DNA from: a virus
Lineage: Duplodnaviria; Heunggongvirae; Uroviricota; Caudoviricetes
Reading direction: 5' to 3' (one strand)
DNA: 9,884 nt
IMG/VR virus record: IMGVR_UViG_2648501669_000003
Span: 1 to 9,884 of that record
Within the stretch, counting starts at the first letter, position 1, and each line of letters starts with the position of its first letter. This document shows, in pieces, positions 1 to 6,780 of the stretch. The notes under the pieces were generated by a model. The model saw nothing but the letters and a program-made list of their open reading frames with translations, searched no databases and had not been told where the DNA came from. A program made the translations under genes and the position numbers.

Positions 1-27
1 CGATGTTGGAAACCCCATAAAACCACA

Positions 28-45
28 ACCCGCATGGAGGCGGGT
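28..45 (-). terminator. Possible stem-loop immediately 3' of the methyltransferase stop codon
   Basis: Inverted repeat acccgc(28-33)/gcgggt(40-45) with a 6-nt loop; on the minus strand it is followed by tgtggttttatggggttt, which is U-rich but interrupted. Weak intrinsic terminator candidate. Confidence 0.3.
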
Positions 46-1095
46 TTAATTGCACATTGCCGAAATTTCACCGACTGTCTGTTCAAACCGTTCAGTTTCA
101 AGCTCAACGCCGATTACCCGACGCCCCAGCGCCATCGCCGCTTTTATTGTTGACCCGGATCCCATAAAGAAATCCGCAACCAAATCACCGGGGTGACTGC
201 TGGCCTCTATTATCTGCCGCAACATATCCGCCGGTTTTTCGCAGGGATGTTTGCCCGGATAATACTGCACAGGCCTGTGCGTCCAGACATCCGTATACGG
301 AACGGCAGCTGATACGGAAAAATAACGCCGCAAAGATTTGTACTCTTCCAGCAGGCTGGCGTATTGACGGTTCAGTTCACTGTATGCGCTGACCAGCTGG
401 AGGTGTGGCTTTTCCAGTTCCCCGCGCTGATGCTTTTCTGCTGCAACACGCGCAAACAATGCCTGCAGTTTTCTGTAATCAGCTTCGTTCGGTAACTGCC
501 ACTGACTGGCACCAAACCAGTGCGAAGCCATATTTTTCTTTCCGGTGGCTTCCGCTATCTGTTTTGACGTTATCCCCAGTGATTCCCGCGCATCACGAAA
601 GTAAGAAATCAGCGGGGCCATGACGTGCTGTTTTAGCTCGCGCCCCTTTGCCGCATAGCCGTCATTTTTGGGCTGGTATGGCCCCTGATAATGTTCTGCA
701 AACAGAATGCGTTCTGTTGCCGGGAAATACGCCCGCAGGCTTTCCTTGTTGCATCCGTTCCAGCGTCCGGACGGCTTCGCCCAGATAATGTGGTTCAGCA
801 CATTAAAGCGTTCACGCATCATGATTTCGGTGTCAGATGCCAGGCGATGACCACAGAACAGGTAGAGACTTCCGGCAGGTTTCAGTACCCGCCAGAATTG
901 CGCCAGACACTGATCCAGCCATTTCAGGTAATCATCGTCGCCCTTCCACTGGTTATCCCAGCCCTCGGGCTTCACTTTAAAGTATGGCGGGTCTGTGACT
1001 ATCAGATCGACAGAGTTTTCCGGCAAGGTCTGGATAAATTCCAGGCAATCAGCGTTGATTAACTCACAACTGGATATTTTTACAGTATTAGCCAT
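46..1095 (-). CDS. DNA methyltransferase, beta-class (N6-adenine or N4-cytosine), orphan
   Basis: 349-aa ORF with ATG at 1095 and TAA at 46-48. Catalytic DPPY motif near the N-terminus (LIVTDPPYF) and AdoMet-binding FxGxG motif near the C-terminus (DFFMGSGST); this IV-then-I order is typical of beta-class amino-MTases. No adjacent restriction endonuclease gene is visible. Confidence 0.85.
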   Translation of the reverse strand: MANTVKISSCELINADCLEFIQTLPENSVDLIVTDPPYFKVKPEGWDNQWKGDDDYLKWLDQCLAQFWRVLKPAGSLYLFCGHRLASDTEIMMRERFNVLNHIIWAKPSGRWNGCNKESLRAYFPATERILFAEHYQGPYQPKNDGYAAKGRELKQHVMAPLISYFRDARESLGITSKQIAEATGKKNMASHWFGASQWQLPNEADYRKLQALFARVAAEKHQRGELEKPHLQLVSAYSELNRQYASLLEEYKSLRRYFSVSAAVPYTDVWTHRPVQYYPGKHPCEKPADMLRQIIEASSHPGDLVADFFMGSGSTIKAAMALGRRVIGVELETERFEQTVGEISAMCN

Positions 1096-1194
1096 AGATC
1101 AATAAGCACTTCTCTGATAGGCTCATACCGCTTTTGCGCAAAGCAGATGGCTGGCAGGTGCCGCTAACACCCACCAGCCGCCCATTACCACAAA

Positions 1195-1219
1195 TAAAAA
1201 AGCCTTCACTGCGGAAGGC
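1195..1219 (-). terminator. Rho-independent terminator overlapping the stop codon of the small HTH ORF
   Basis: Minus-strand hairpin GCCTTC(1219-1214)/GAAGGC(1207-1202) with a 6-nt loop, followed by a TTTTTTA run (1201-1195). Confidence 0.5.
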
Positions 1220-1403
1220 GTCTGTAACAACCGAACTGATAATCTGCCAGACCCGCCATAACAAGCTGAGTCAGTATTAACTGGCAGCGTTCGCGTGAAA
1301 GGTACGTATTCTGCGCAATTTCCCCGACGGTCGCCGGTTCGGTGACGCTTAATTCATTAAACACCACTCTGGCAGTTTCGGTCATATCCTGCTGTTTTAG
1401 CAT
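1206..1403 (-). CDS. Small hypothetical protein with helix-turn-helix-like segment (65 aa)
   Basis: The ORF-track frame 1206..1541 begins at a TTG inside the upstream terminator, so the start was moved to the in-frame ATG at 1403, which has GGGA about 9 nt upstream. An ATG at 1385 is an alternative. The segment TVGEIAQNTYLSRERCQLILTQL looks like an HTH. Flanked by intrinsic terminators on both sides. Confidence 0.4.
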   Translation of the reverse strand: MLKQQDMTETARVVFNELSVTEPATVGEIAQNTYLSRERCQLILTQLVMAGLADYQFGCYRRLPQ

Positions 1404-1526
1404 GTCTTTTTCCCTTTTCTGGTTAACGTGACATACCAATAGCTCTTGTCGAAAAAGCCAGCAAGCTGAAAGACCGGTATTCGCAACCATCAGCGCGTTT
1501 AACGTCCTGTACCGTTTTTCAGGCAT

Positions 1527-1549
1527 AAAAAAAACCCGCAAAAAGCGGG
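1527..1549 (-). terminator. Rho-independent terminator about 80 nt downstream of the Q-like gene (tR'-like)
   Basis: Minus-strand RNA reads GCCCGC-UUUUU-GCGGG followed by eight U (plus-strand A-run 1527-1534). Its position after a Q-like gene matches the lambdoid pR'/tR' arrangement. Confidence 0.6.
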
Positions 1550-1628
1550 CTCTTTCAAATGTCCATGTCTGCTATTCGCCTCGCGGTACAGCTTTGCGAA
1601 GCGTACCGGCATTGAAGCAGTTTTTACG

Positions 1629-2195
1629 TCAAAAAGCAATAACTTTTTTCTCTATACCAAAAGCCATAACCATTGGTTTGTACAAAATAAATTCTGCCAC
1701 CTTTAGCCAATGCTCAATGCGTCTTTCACAGGTTCTTAAACTCCATTCCGGGTGTGCATCATTCAGCAGTTCAGCCATTTTGCGCTTAGTCATCCCCCGC
1801 CCCACATAACGCTGACTCAGGACATTGAGCAGCCCGGGATAACCGGCCAGGGCTTCACCAATAACCCTGTCGATTATTAACGCCTCTGAATCGGTACAAT
1901 GCGCCAGCCAGCTCTTTTGCTTACCATTGATCATCTCTCGCAAAAAAGCCTCAAGTTCAGGTTTGTCCAGACCCGCTTTTTTCATCCTCCGGAGCGCCTC
2001 GTTAATTGCCGTTTTTGTCAGCTTTTTAGAGGTCAGTAATTGGTTGAACATATTTCCCGTCTTACCGCCGCCAATATACGACCAACGCCCCCACATACGC
2101 AGTTTCCCCTGGAGCCAGACACTTTCCAGCGTTTTCAGGCGTAAATGCTCACCGCTTTTGCCTGTAATTTCCGGGTATATCATATTTACGCTCAC
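1629..2195 (-). CDS. Putative late-gene antitermination protein (Q-like)
   Basis: 188-aa ORF directly downstream of rusA and upstream of an intrinsic terminator, which is the canonical lambdoid position of Q. The annotated start is a GTG overlapping the rusA stop (GTGA); an ATG at 2183 is an alternative. Family assignment is positional plus vague recall, not verified. Confidence 0.55.
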   Translation of the reverse strand: MSVNMIYPEITGKSGEHLRLKTLESVWLQGKLRMWGRWSYIGGGKTGNMFNQLLTSKKLTKTAINEALRRMKKAGLDKPELEAFLREMINGKQKSWLAHCTDSEALIIDRVIGEALAGYPGLLNVLSQRYVGRGMTKRKMAELLNDAHPEWSLRTCERRIEHWLKVAEFILYKPMVMAFGIEKKVIAF

Positions 2196-2551
2196 TCACT
2201 TTCAATTTTGTAAATCTTCACGCCCAACCGACCACCAGGAACGACCTGACCGCGCACAATATTGATTTCATCAAACTGCTCGTCGTCGATAAGCAACCGC
2301 GCATGTGTCAGTGCATCCAGTGGTGCTTTCAGAATATTGTCCAGGTCACGACGGCGCTTATCCGGCGGCTCTGCAATGATCTTTATCGCCAGCCTTCCGG
2401 ACAGGTTTAATTTCAGTCGCTGCTGGCGAACAATAAGTGCCACATCCCGGCGATAACGCTCACCGGCTTTTGATACAAAATATGTGCTGCCACGACGACG
2501 CCAGTAGGTGTTCACCGTCGGCGGGTAAGGCAAAACAAACTCTATACGCAT
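2192..2551 (-). CDS. rusA: Holliday-junction resolvase RusA
   Basis: 119 aa with ATG at 2551 and GAGG SD 8-11 nt upstream. Recognisable RusA family pattern (VLPYPPTVNTYWRRRG ... DKRRRDLDNILKAPLDAL ... DDEQ), including the conserved RRRDLDN acidic catalytic region. Confidence 0.85.
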   Translation of the reverse strand: MRIEFVLPYPPTVNTYWRRRGSTYFVSKAGERYRRDVALIVRQQRLKLNLSGRLAIKIIAEPPDKRRRDLDNILKAPLDALTHARLLIDDEQFDEINIVRGQVVPGGRLGVKIYKIESE

Positions 2552-2563
2552 CAGTAACCTCTT

Positions 2564-3613
2564 TTACCCGAGCACACCGGTTGCAAAGGCGTGATCAAGA
2601 AAACGAAAAATTAAATCAACCTGAGAACCATGCTTTTCTTCGAACGCCAGCGGATCCGCATGAAGTTCGTTGTGATGCTCCCGGCACAGCGGTAGCGTGA
2701 AAATATCGTGGGATTTTGTCCCCATTCCGCCCTGACCATGACCAATCAGGTGATGGGGATCGTCGGCTGGCTTACCACAACACGCACACGGCTGTGTCTT
2801 CACCCAGCGCGTGTATTTCTCATTTATCCAACGGCGACGTTTAGGTCGCTTCATGAAAGATTCCGGAGACTCCGGATCTACGGCAATGCTGACCACCGTC
2901 TTTTCCTGTGGTGCGTTCTGTTGCTGGTGGATGTGAGGCAACGGCGCAAGATTTTTTGTGCGCTGCTTCAGTATGCTGGTGGCGGTCTGCTCTCCCGGTA
3001 TGATGTCGCTTTCGCGGTACACCGAGCGGATTTTTTCCGCACGTAACCCCAGAGAACGACGTAATACTGCCTCCGGTAGCGCGTCCGCCAGCTGATTGCG
3101 GACCGCCCACCAGGATAATTCAGCCAGAGATAATTCACGCTCCTGCGTACCGCTTATTGCGTGACCGATGACGTCAATCATCCATGCTGACAGGTTTTGA
3201 TGAGCAAGTTGCTCGAGTGATTCGGATGTCTGGTCACGCAGCTGGTTGTCGCAGTGCCAGCACAACACCATCGCGCCGGTACCGTAACGATGTATGACGG
3301 TTTCACTGTGATGGTAGTCGCCATGAGGCCACTGGCAGGATTTGACATGACGCAACAGCCAGTCAGACAGTGCACCAGCGCCGCCAGCAGCACGAATCAC
3401 CCGTTCGTTGCTGAAAAATGGCAGTAATGATTTATCTTCCGCCAGCGGCTGGCGAACGGCAGGAACGACTCCGGACGGCAGACCGCGCATGCTTTTTGGC
3501 TCCGGTTCAACCAGCACTCTGCCGTTATGGAATACCTGCATGGATTCACGACCTGGCTTAACGATAACCACCCCAAGTTCCGGTACCGGAACAGGTCGAA
3601 GCAATACCCGCAC
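2564..3613 (-). CDS. DUF968 family protein with C-terminal HNH-like nuclease motif (YdfU-like)
   Basis: 349 aa with GTG start at 3613, GGAGG SD 4 nt upstream, 1 nt after the upstream stop. The C-terminus carries a Cys/His cluster (CACCGKPADDPHHLIGHG ... LCREHHNELH) consistent with an HNH fold. Same position relative to hok and Q as ydfU in K-12 Qin (from memory). Confidence 0.75.
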   Translation of the reverse strand: MRVLLRPVPVPELGVVIVKPGRESMQVFHNGRVLVEPEPKSMRGLPSGVVPAVRQPLAEDKSLLPFFSNERVIRAAGGAGALSDWLLRHVKSCQWPHGDYHHSETVIHRYGTGAMVLCWHCDNQLRDQTSESLEQLAHQNLSAWMIDVIGHAISGTQERELSLAELSWWAVRNQLADALPEAVLRRSLGLRAEKIRSVYRESDIIPGEQTATSILKQRTKNLAPLPHIHQQQNAPQEKTVVSIAVDPESPESFMKRPKRRRWINEKYTRWVKTQPCACCGKPADDPHHLIGHGQGGMGTKSHDIFTLPLCREHHNELHADPLAFEEKHGSQVDLIFRFLDHAFATGVLG

Positions 3614-3614
3614 G

Positions 3615-3887
3615 TTACCTCCAGATGCGTTGCTGGAATGTGCGGGACGGACGCGGTGGGCGTTCGGAATAAGGGAGTCTGACGTAGATTATCCAGTGAC
3701 GATAATCGAGGCTGAGGGCTTTCCTAAACTCATACCCACGTCTGCGGTAGTTCTGAATCAGCCATTCGGCCTGTTCTTCAGTGCAGGGATCGTGCTGATA
3801 CCAGTCATATTTGAATGCGTGTGAACGCCGCCCATGCCGGATGGCAAGGTCGGTATCAGAATTGTGAAATTTGGTTTTGTGCGCCAT
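3615..3887 (-). CDS. Hypothetical protein (90 aa), in the position of rem in Qin
   Basis: ATG at 3887 and TAA at 3615-3617; its 3' end carries the SD for the DUF968 gene, suggesting coupling. No recognisable motif. Confidence 0.55.
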   Translation of the reverse strand: MAHKTKFHNSDTDLAIRHGRRSHAFKYDWYQHDPCTEEQAEWLIQNYRRRGYEFRKALSLDYRHWIIYVRLPYSERPPRPSRTFQQRIWR

Positions 3888-3954
3888 CTGTTTTCTCTGC
3901 TGGCGCAGCAGGTGTCAGGTGTTCAGGCTGACGTGCGAATTGTAAACCAGAATG

Positions 3955-3985
3955 CCAGGAAAAAACAAAACCCGCCGAAGCGGGT
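3955..3985 (-). terminator. Rho-independent terminator of the hok transcript
   Basis: Minus-strand hairpin ACCCGC(3985-3980)/GCGGGT(3975-3970) with loop UUCG, followed by UUUUGUUUUUU (3969-3959). Confidence 0.6.
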
Positions 3986-3990
3986 TAAGT

Positions 3991-4005
3991 GCGGGTGCGT
4001 TGAGG
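3991..4005 (-). promoter_or_regulatory. fbi-like 3' element of hok mRNA, complementary to the transcript 5' end
   Basis: Plus-strand 3991-4005 gcgggtgcgttgagg is the reverse complement of plus-strand 4368-4381 cctcaagcacccgc apart from one extra base. Within a single minus-strand transcript these would pair 5' end to 3' end, as in the tac/fbi fold-back of hok mRNAs. A separate perfect 9-bp hairpin lies at 4026-4047. Confidence 0.45.
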
Positions 4006-4054
4006 ATGCCTGACTCATCAGAGGTGGCGAGGGATTTCTCCCTCGCCTGGTCTC

Positions 4055-4210
4055 TTACTCCTCAGGTTCGTAAGCTGTGAAGACAGCGACCTCCGTCTGG
4101 CCGGTTCGGATTCGTACCTCACAGAGGTCTTTCCTCGTTACCAGTGCCGTCACTATGACGGTTAAACAGATGACAATCAGGGCGATTAACATCGCCTTTT
4201 GCTGCTTCAT
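4055..4210 (-). CDS. hokD: Hok/Gef family type I toxin (51 aa), matching HokD/RelF
   Basis: ATG at 4210 with AGGAG SD 9-13 nt upstream and TAA at 4055-4057. Product MKQQKAMLIALIVICLTVIVTALVTRKDLCEVRIRTGQTEVAVFTAYEPEE has the single TM helix and conserved Cys/Glu of Hok proteins and matches my recollection of E. coli HokD. Confidence 0.8.
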   Translation of the reverse strand: MKQQKAMLIALIVICLTVIVTALVTRKDLCEVRIRTGQTEVAVFTAYEPEE

Positions 4211-4267
4211 AGCCTGCTTCTCCTTGCCTTTCGGCACGTAAGAGGCTAACCTACATGTGTTCAGCAT
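4055..4267 (-). CDS. mok-like overlapping reading frame (translational coupling frame for hok)
   Basis: ATG at 4267 with GAGG about 9 nt upstream; the frame runs through and is co-terminal with hok, as in hok/mok loci. Whether it is translated is not determinable from sequence. Confidence 0.35.
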   Translation of the reverse strand: MLNTCRLASYVPKGKEKQAMKQQKAMLIALIVICLTVIVTALVTRKDLCEVRIRTGQTEVAVFTAYEPEE

Positions 4268-4367
4268 GGATTGGCCTCAGATTAATGTTAAGCGTCTTGC
4301 AGGACGCGTAATGTTAACTGGGGCTTTTCTCTATCTGCCTTTTGGTGTTCATGCCTGAGGCAGATAG

Positions 4368-4420
4368 CCTCAAGCACCCGCAGCAATTCTACTTAACTCT
4401 CCTTTTCCCGCAAACCGTTT
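4368..4420 (-). promoter_or_regulatory. Putative hok promoter and 5' end (tac-like element) of hok mRNA
   Basis: Minus-strand TAGAAT -10 candidate (plus 4386-4391) about 6 nt upstream of a GCGGGUGCUUGAGG element (plus 4368-4381) that is complementary to the 3' element at 3991-4005. The -35 is weak. Confidence 0.35.
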
Positions 4421-4500
4421 TTATCCCCATCGGCAAATCGAATACACCACCAGCGCCACCGCCATCGCAATTCCTACCGTTGTGAATGCTTCAGGCCAGC

Positions 4501-5244
4501 TCACTTATCCCCCTCCTCATGACCTCCCCGCTCCCACGGGATGACCAGATCAACATCCACCTTCGCAGCAGCTATTTCCTCCTGTGGAAGGGTGCCATAA
4601 AATTTACGAAGACTTTTCGACATTCTCTCGAAAAAATTAGCCATGTATAAAACACCATCCCCCGCATCCTCTCTGATGCACGAACTTGTATACGCCTTTA
4701 GCAAATCCAGAAACGATATACGTAATGCTCCAGCACACGTATCAAATAAATCCTCATCCTGATCACCTTCAATGTAGGGAATTATCATATACGGCGGCAC
4801 TGATACCCACACCTCAACATCATCAGCACAACTAACACTGATACTCGCAGAGAACGATTCAGGGACATCATCCTCTGGTTCAGAGCCAGTTAATGGCACG
4901 CTCCATTCCTCACCAGTCCAGACGAATTCTTCCAGTAGCTCAACCCCATCGTTCGGTAACACTTGTGCTGGCGGCGCTGCGTAAAGTGGTGTTATTTCTG
5001 CCCGAAAGTCACCTATTTCATGCAGTCGCACCCACCGTTCGGCTTCTACTTTGTCAGAATACAGAGCAGTGAACGTATTATATTCATTGTCAATTTGCGT
5101 GAAGGTTGCCTTCCACGCCACTGGCTCTGCTTCCAGTGATGCCAGAGCAATCCGTGCCACTTCCATTTGTTCGCTACGAGTAAGCCCGTTTTCAAGCGGA
5201 TTTTTAATGAACAATTCAATACGTTCTTTGGTGATAGCGTTCAT
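4501..5244 (-). CDS. Hypothetical acidic protein (247 aa), paralog of the upstream gene; unknown function
   Basis: ATG at 5244 with AAGGA SD, starting 3 nt after the upstream stop. Shares an N-terminal module with the 140-aa protein (RIALASLEAEPVAW ... PLYAAPPA). The C-terminal two-thirds is strongly acidic (EPEDDVPE, EGDQDEDLFD, HEEGDK). Confidence 0.75.
   Translation of the reverse strand: MNAITKERIELFIKNPLENGLTRSEQMEVARIALASLEAEPVAWKATFTQIDNEYNTFTALYSDKVEAERWVRLHEIGDFRAEITPLYAAPPAQVLPNDGVELLEEFVWTGEEWSVPLTGSEPEDDVPESFSASISVSCADDVEVWVSVPPYMIIPYIEGDQDEDLFDTCAGALRISFLDLLKAYTSSCIREDAGDGVLYMANFFERMSKSLRKFYGTLPQEEIAAAKVDVDLVIPWERGGHEEGDK
5111..5160. repeat. Nucleotide-level paralogous segment (copy A) shared between the two adjacent genes
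   Basis: About 38 of 50 nt identical to 5517-5566 by hand alignment (core ctgcttccag[t/c]gatgccag). Encodes the conserved LASLEAEPVAW motif in both proteins. Confidence 0.5.
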
Positions 5245-5247
5245 GTG

Positions 5248-5670
5248 TCATTCCTTAACCTGCAACTGCTTCTTAACCAGTTTACGTAGATGTGCCACAG
5301 CCATAGAAAGAGTTTCCACCGCTCGTTTATCCAGCTGTGGGGACAGAGACACCAGTTCGTTTATTGCGATCTCAATTCCCTGTGCCTGCACTGTGGGAGC
5401 TGGCGGCACACGATACAGCGGAATTACACGACGCGGGTCTGCGTATTTATCTGGAGGACAAGGTAATAAATAACCTAAACCAATTTGCTCAACATCTCGC
5501 AGTTCCTCGTCATCAGTCCATGCAACTGGTTCTGCTTCCAGCGATGCCAGCGCGATACGAAACACATTGGCAAGCAGGCTGCTTGAAGATTGGTTATCGT
5601 GCGCCGGGTCGCTCAGGAAACCAGTGATGAATGATTTAATTTCCGCGTTTTCTCTGGTAGTAGTGGTCAT
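5248..5670 (-). CDS. Hypothetical protein (140 aa), paralog of the downstream acidic protein; unknown function
   Basis: ATG at 5670 overlapping the upstream stop (ATGA), GAGG SD. Contains the shared module (VFRIALASLEAEPVAW ... PLYRVPPAP) and an S-rich segment. Confidence 0.75.
   Translation of the reverse strand: MTTTTRENAEIKSFITGFLSDPAHDNQSSSSLLANVFRIALASLEAEPVAWTDDEELRDVEQIGLGYLLPCPPDKYADPRRVIPLYRVPPAPTVQAQGIEIAINELVSLSPQLDKRAVETLSMAVAHLRKLVKKQLQVKE
5517..5566. repeat. Nucleotide-level paralogous segment (copy B)
   Basis: Counterpart of 5111-5160 at about 76% identity over 50 nt. Confidence 0.5.
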
Positions 5671-5876
5671 TTGTTAATCCTCAAAACTTTATGCCCGGGC
5701 GCAAAAGCACGTGTTTTGTCTTTACTTATTCGCCACCCGTCTTTACGGGCTTCTTTTGCACAACCAGACCATGACGTACCGATATACTCACCGAAGTCTG
5801 GCACTGGATATACACCTTCCGTACACTGGCGGCAGTCACAATAGAGATGCATGGTGTAACTTGCGGCAATAGCCAT
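5667..5876 (-). CDS. Small Cys-rich hypothetical protein (69 aa)
   Basis: ATG at 5876 with strong AAGGAG SD 7-12 nt upstream. Contains CDCRQC and a further Cys (SGC), a possible zinc-binding motif. Stop overlaps the start of the 140-aa gene. Confidence 0.65.
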   Translation of the reverse strand: MAIAASYTMHLYCDCRQCTEGVYPVPDFGEYIGTSWSGCAKEARKDGWRISKDKTRAFAPGHKVLRINK

Positions 5877-5887
5877 ATCAGTCTCCT

Positions 5888-6265
5888 TTAGTGCGCATAT
5901 AACAGTGATTTTTCCAGCGGTTTTGCTCTCCTGCGCTCTCCCCCAAGCGCATAACGTGCTTCTACCGGGTCTTTGTCTTCATATTCATAATTGACGCTTT
6001 TAACCATCGCTACACAGCACTCATTGCAGCATCTATAGGACATAAGCTCGCCATCAAATTTCCATGTTGTGCTGCGGTGTATTTCACCCTTTGAGATTTT
6101 TCCGGCGCATATGTGGCATGTATATTCACCGCGAGAGGTAACGATTTTATTCGATAACTCAATATCGAATGGCGCACCAAAATCACCTTCAAAAAGATAA
6201 AAATCCAGAGCGTCTCCTAAATCTTGTTTACTGTATCTCTGCTGCTCTTTTGTGGTAATGGTCAT
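5888..6265 (-). CDS. Cys-rich hypothetical protein (125 aa), putative zinc-binding
   Basis: The ORF-track start at 6355 is a TTG that overlaps the upstream gene, so the ATG at 6265 was used (AAGGA SD; 1 nt after the upstream stop). Motifs CHIC and CCNECC. Confidence 0.6.
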   Translation of the reverse strand: MTITTKEQQRYSKQDLGDALDFYLFEGDFGAPFDIELSNKIVTSRGEYTCHICAGKISKGEIHRSTTWKFDGELMSYRCCNECCVAMVKSVNYEYEDKDPVEARYALGGERRRAKPLEKSLLYAH

Positions 6266-6266
6266 T

Positions 6267-6485
6267 TCAGTTTTCCTTATATGGATTAATTTTATTGTGC
6301 AGTGCGTTGAACGGGGCCCATACAACGTCGTTATACAATTCAATAACGGGCTCAATTACTTTTCCGATTCCCCATACCAGAATTAAAGGGGATATCGGTA
6401 TCATCAATACGATAAACAGAATGAGAAACAGAAATTCTGTCGCTCTACTTTTTCGCGGATATTTTTTTCTGAATAATGTAGTCAT
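6267..6485 (-). CDS. Small hydrophobic (single-TM) hypothetical protein (72 aa)
   Basis: ATG at 6485. Basic N-terminus (RKKYPRKSR) followed by a hydrophobic stretch FLFLILFIVLMIPISPLILVWGIG typical of a membrane helix. The SD is weak or atypical. Confidence 0.55.
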   Translation of the reverse strand: MTTLFRKKYPRKSRATEFLFLILFIVLMIPISPLILVWGIGKVIEPVIELYNDVVWAPFNALHNKINPYKEN

Positions 6486-6517
6486 TTCTTACCGCCCTTT
6501 CGGGCGGCCCCCTGACA

Positions 6518-6730
6518 TTAATCGTTGTGATAACTCATAGCTTCATTTGCAGCATCAACTGGATCAACATCCCACCAGCAATAATTTGGGTCGGCTCCTT
6601 CAGGTGTCCACGGCTCTAATTCATTTTTTGCCGCATTCTCGTCGCCAGTAATTTTAAAAATCTGCTCAGAAAATTTCCTCACCCACTCGTTATATTTTTC
6701 CGCATTAATGGTTTTCTGTGTATTTAACAT
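6518..6730 (-). CDS. Hypothetical protein (70 aa)
   Basis: ATG at 6730 with GGAGG SD 8 nt upstream and TAA at 6518. Acidic, Trp-containing C-terminal half. Confidence 0.65.
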   Translation of the reverse strand: MLNTQKTINAEKYNEWVRKFSEQIFKITGDENAAKNELEPWTPEGADPNYCWWDVDPVDAANEAMSYHND

Positions 6731-6780
6731 AGATATACCTCCAGTTAAGGATTTGATTTTATTTACAGTGCTAAATTTAT

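Noticed and set aside
1096-1195. Sigma-70 promoter for the methyltransferase (TTGCGC-16 nt-TATCAG on the minus strand)
   Set aside because: Only 4/6 matches in each hexamer; too weak to call without prediction software or transcript data.
1096-1628. tRNA genes, stx or other cargo between Q and the late genes (common in Stx phages)
   Set aside because: No cloverleaf-compatible sequence and no toxin-like ORF seen; the interval holds only terminators and a small HTH ORF.
1560-1700. pR'-like late promoter and qut site at the 3' end of the Q-like gene
   Set aside because: No convincing -35/-10 pair identified by eye; position inferred only by analogy.
4215-4340. Sok antisense RNA promoter on the plus strand
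   Set aside because: Candidate hexamers (TTGCCT ... TAACCT) are poor matches and no plus-strand terminator was found; existence of Sok is left open rather than annotated.
4501-5670. RelB/RelE toxin-antitoxin pair upstream of hok (as in K-12 Qin)
   Set aside because: Neither protein resembles RelB or RelE in size or sequence; they are mutual paralogs instead.
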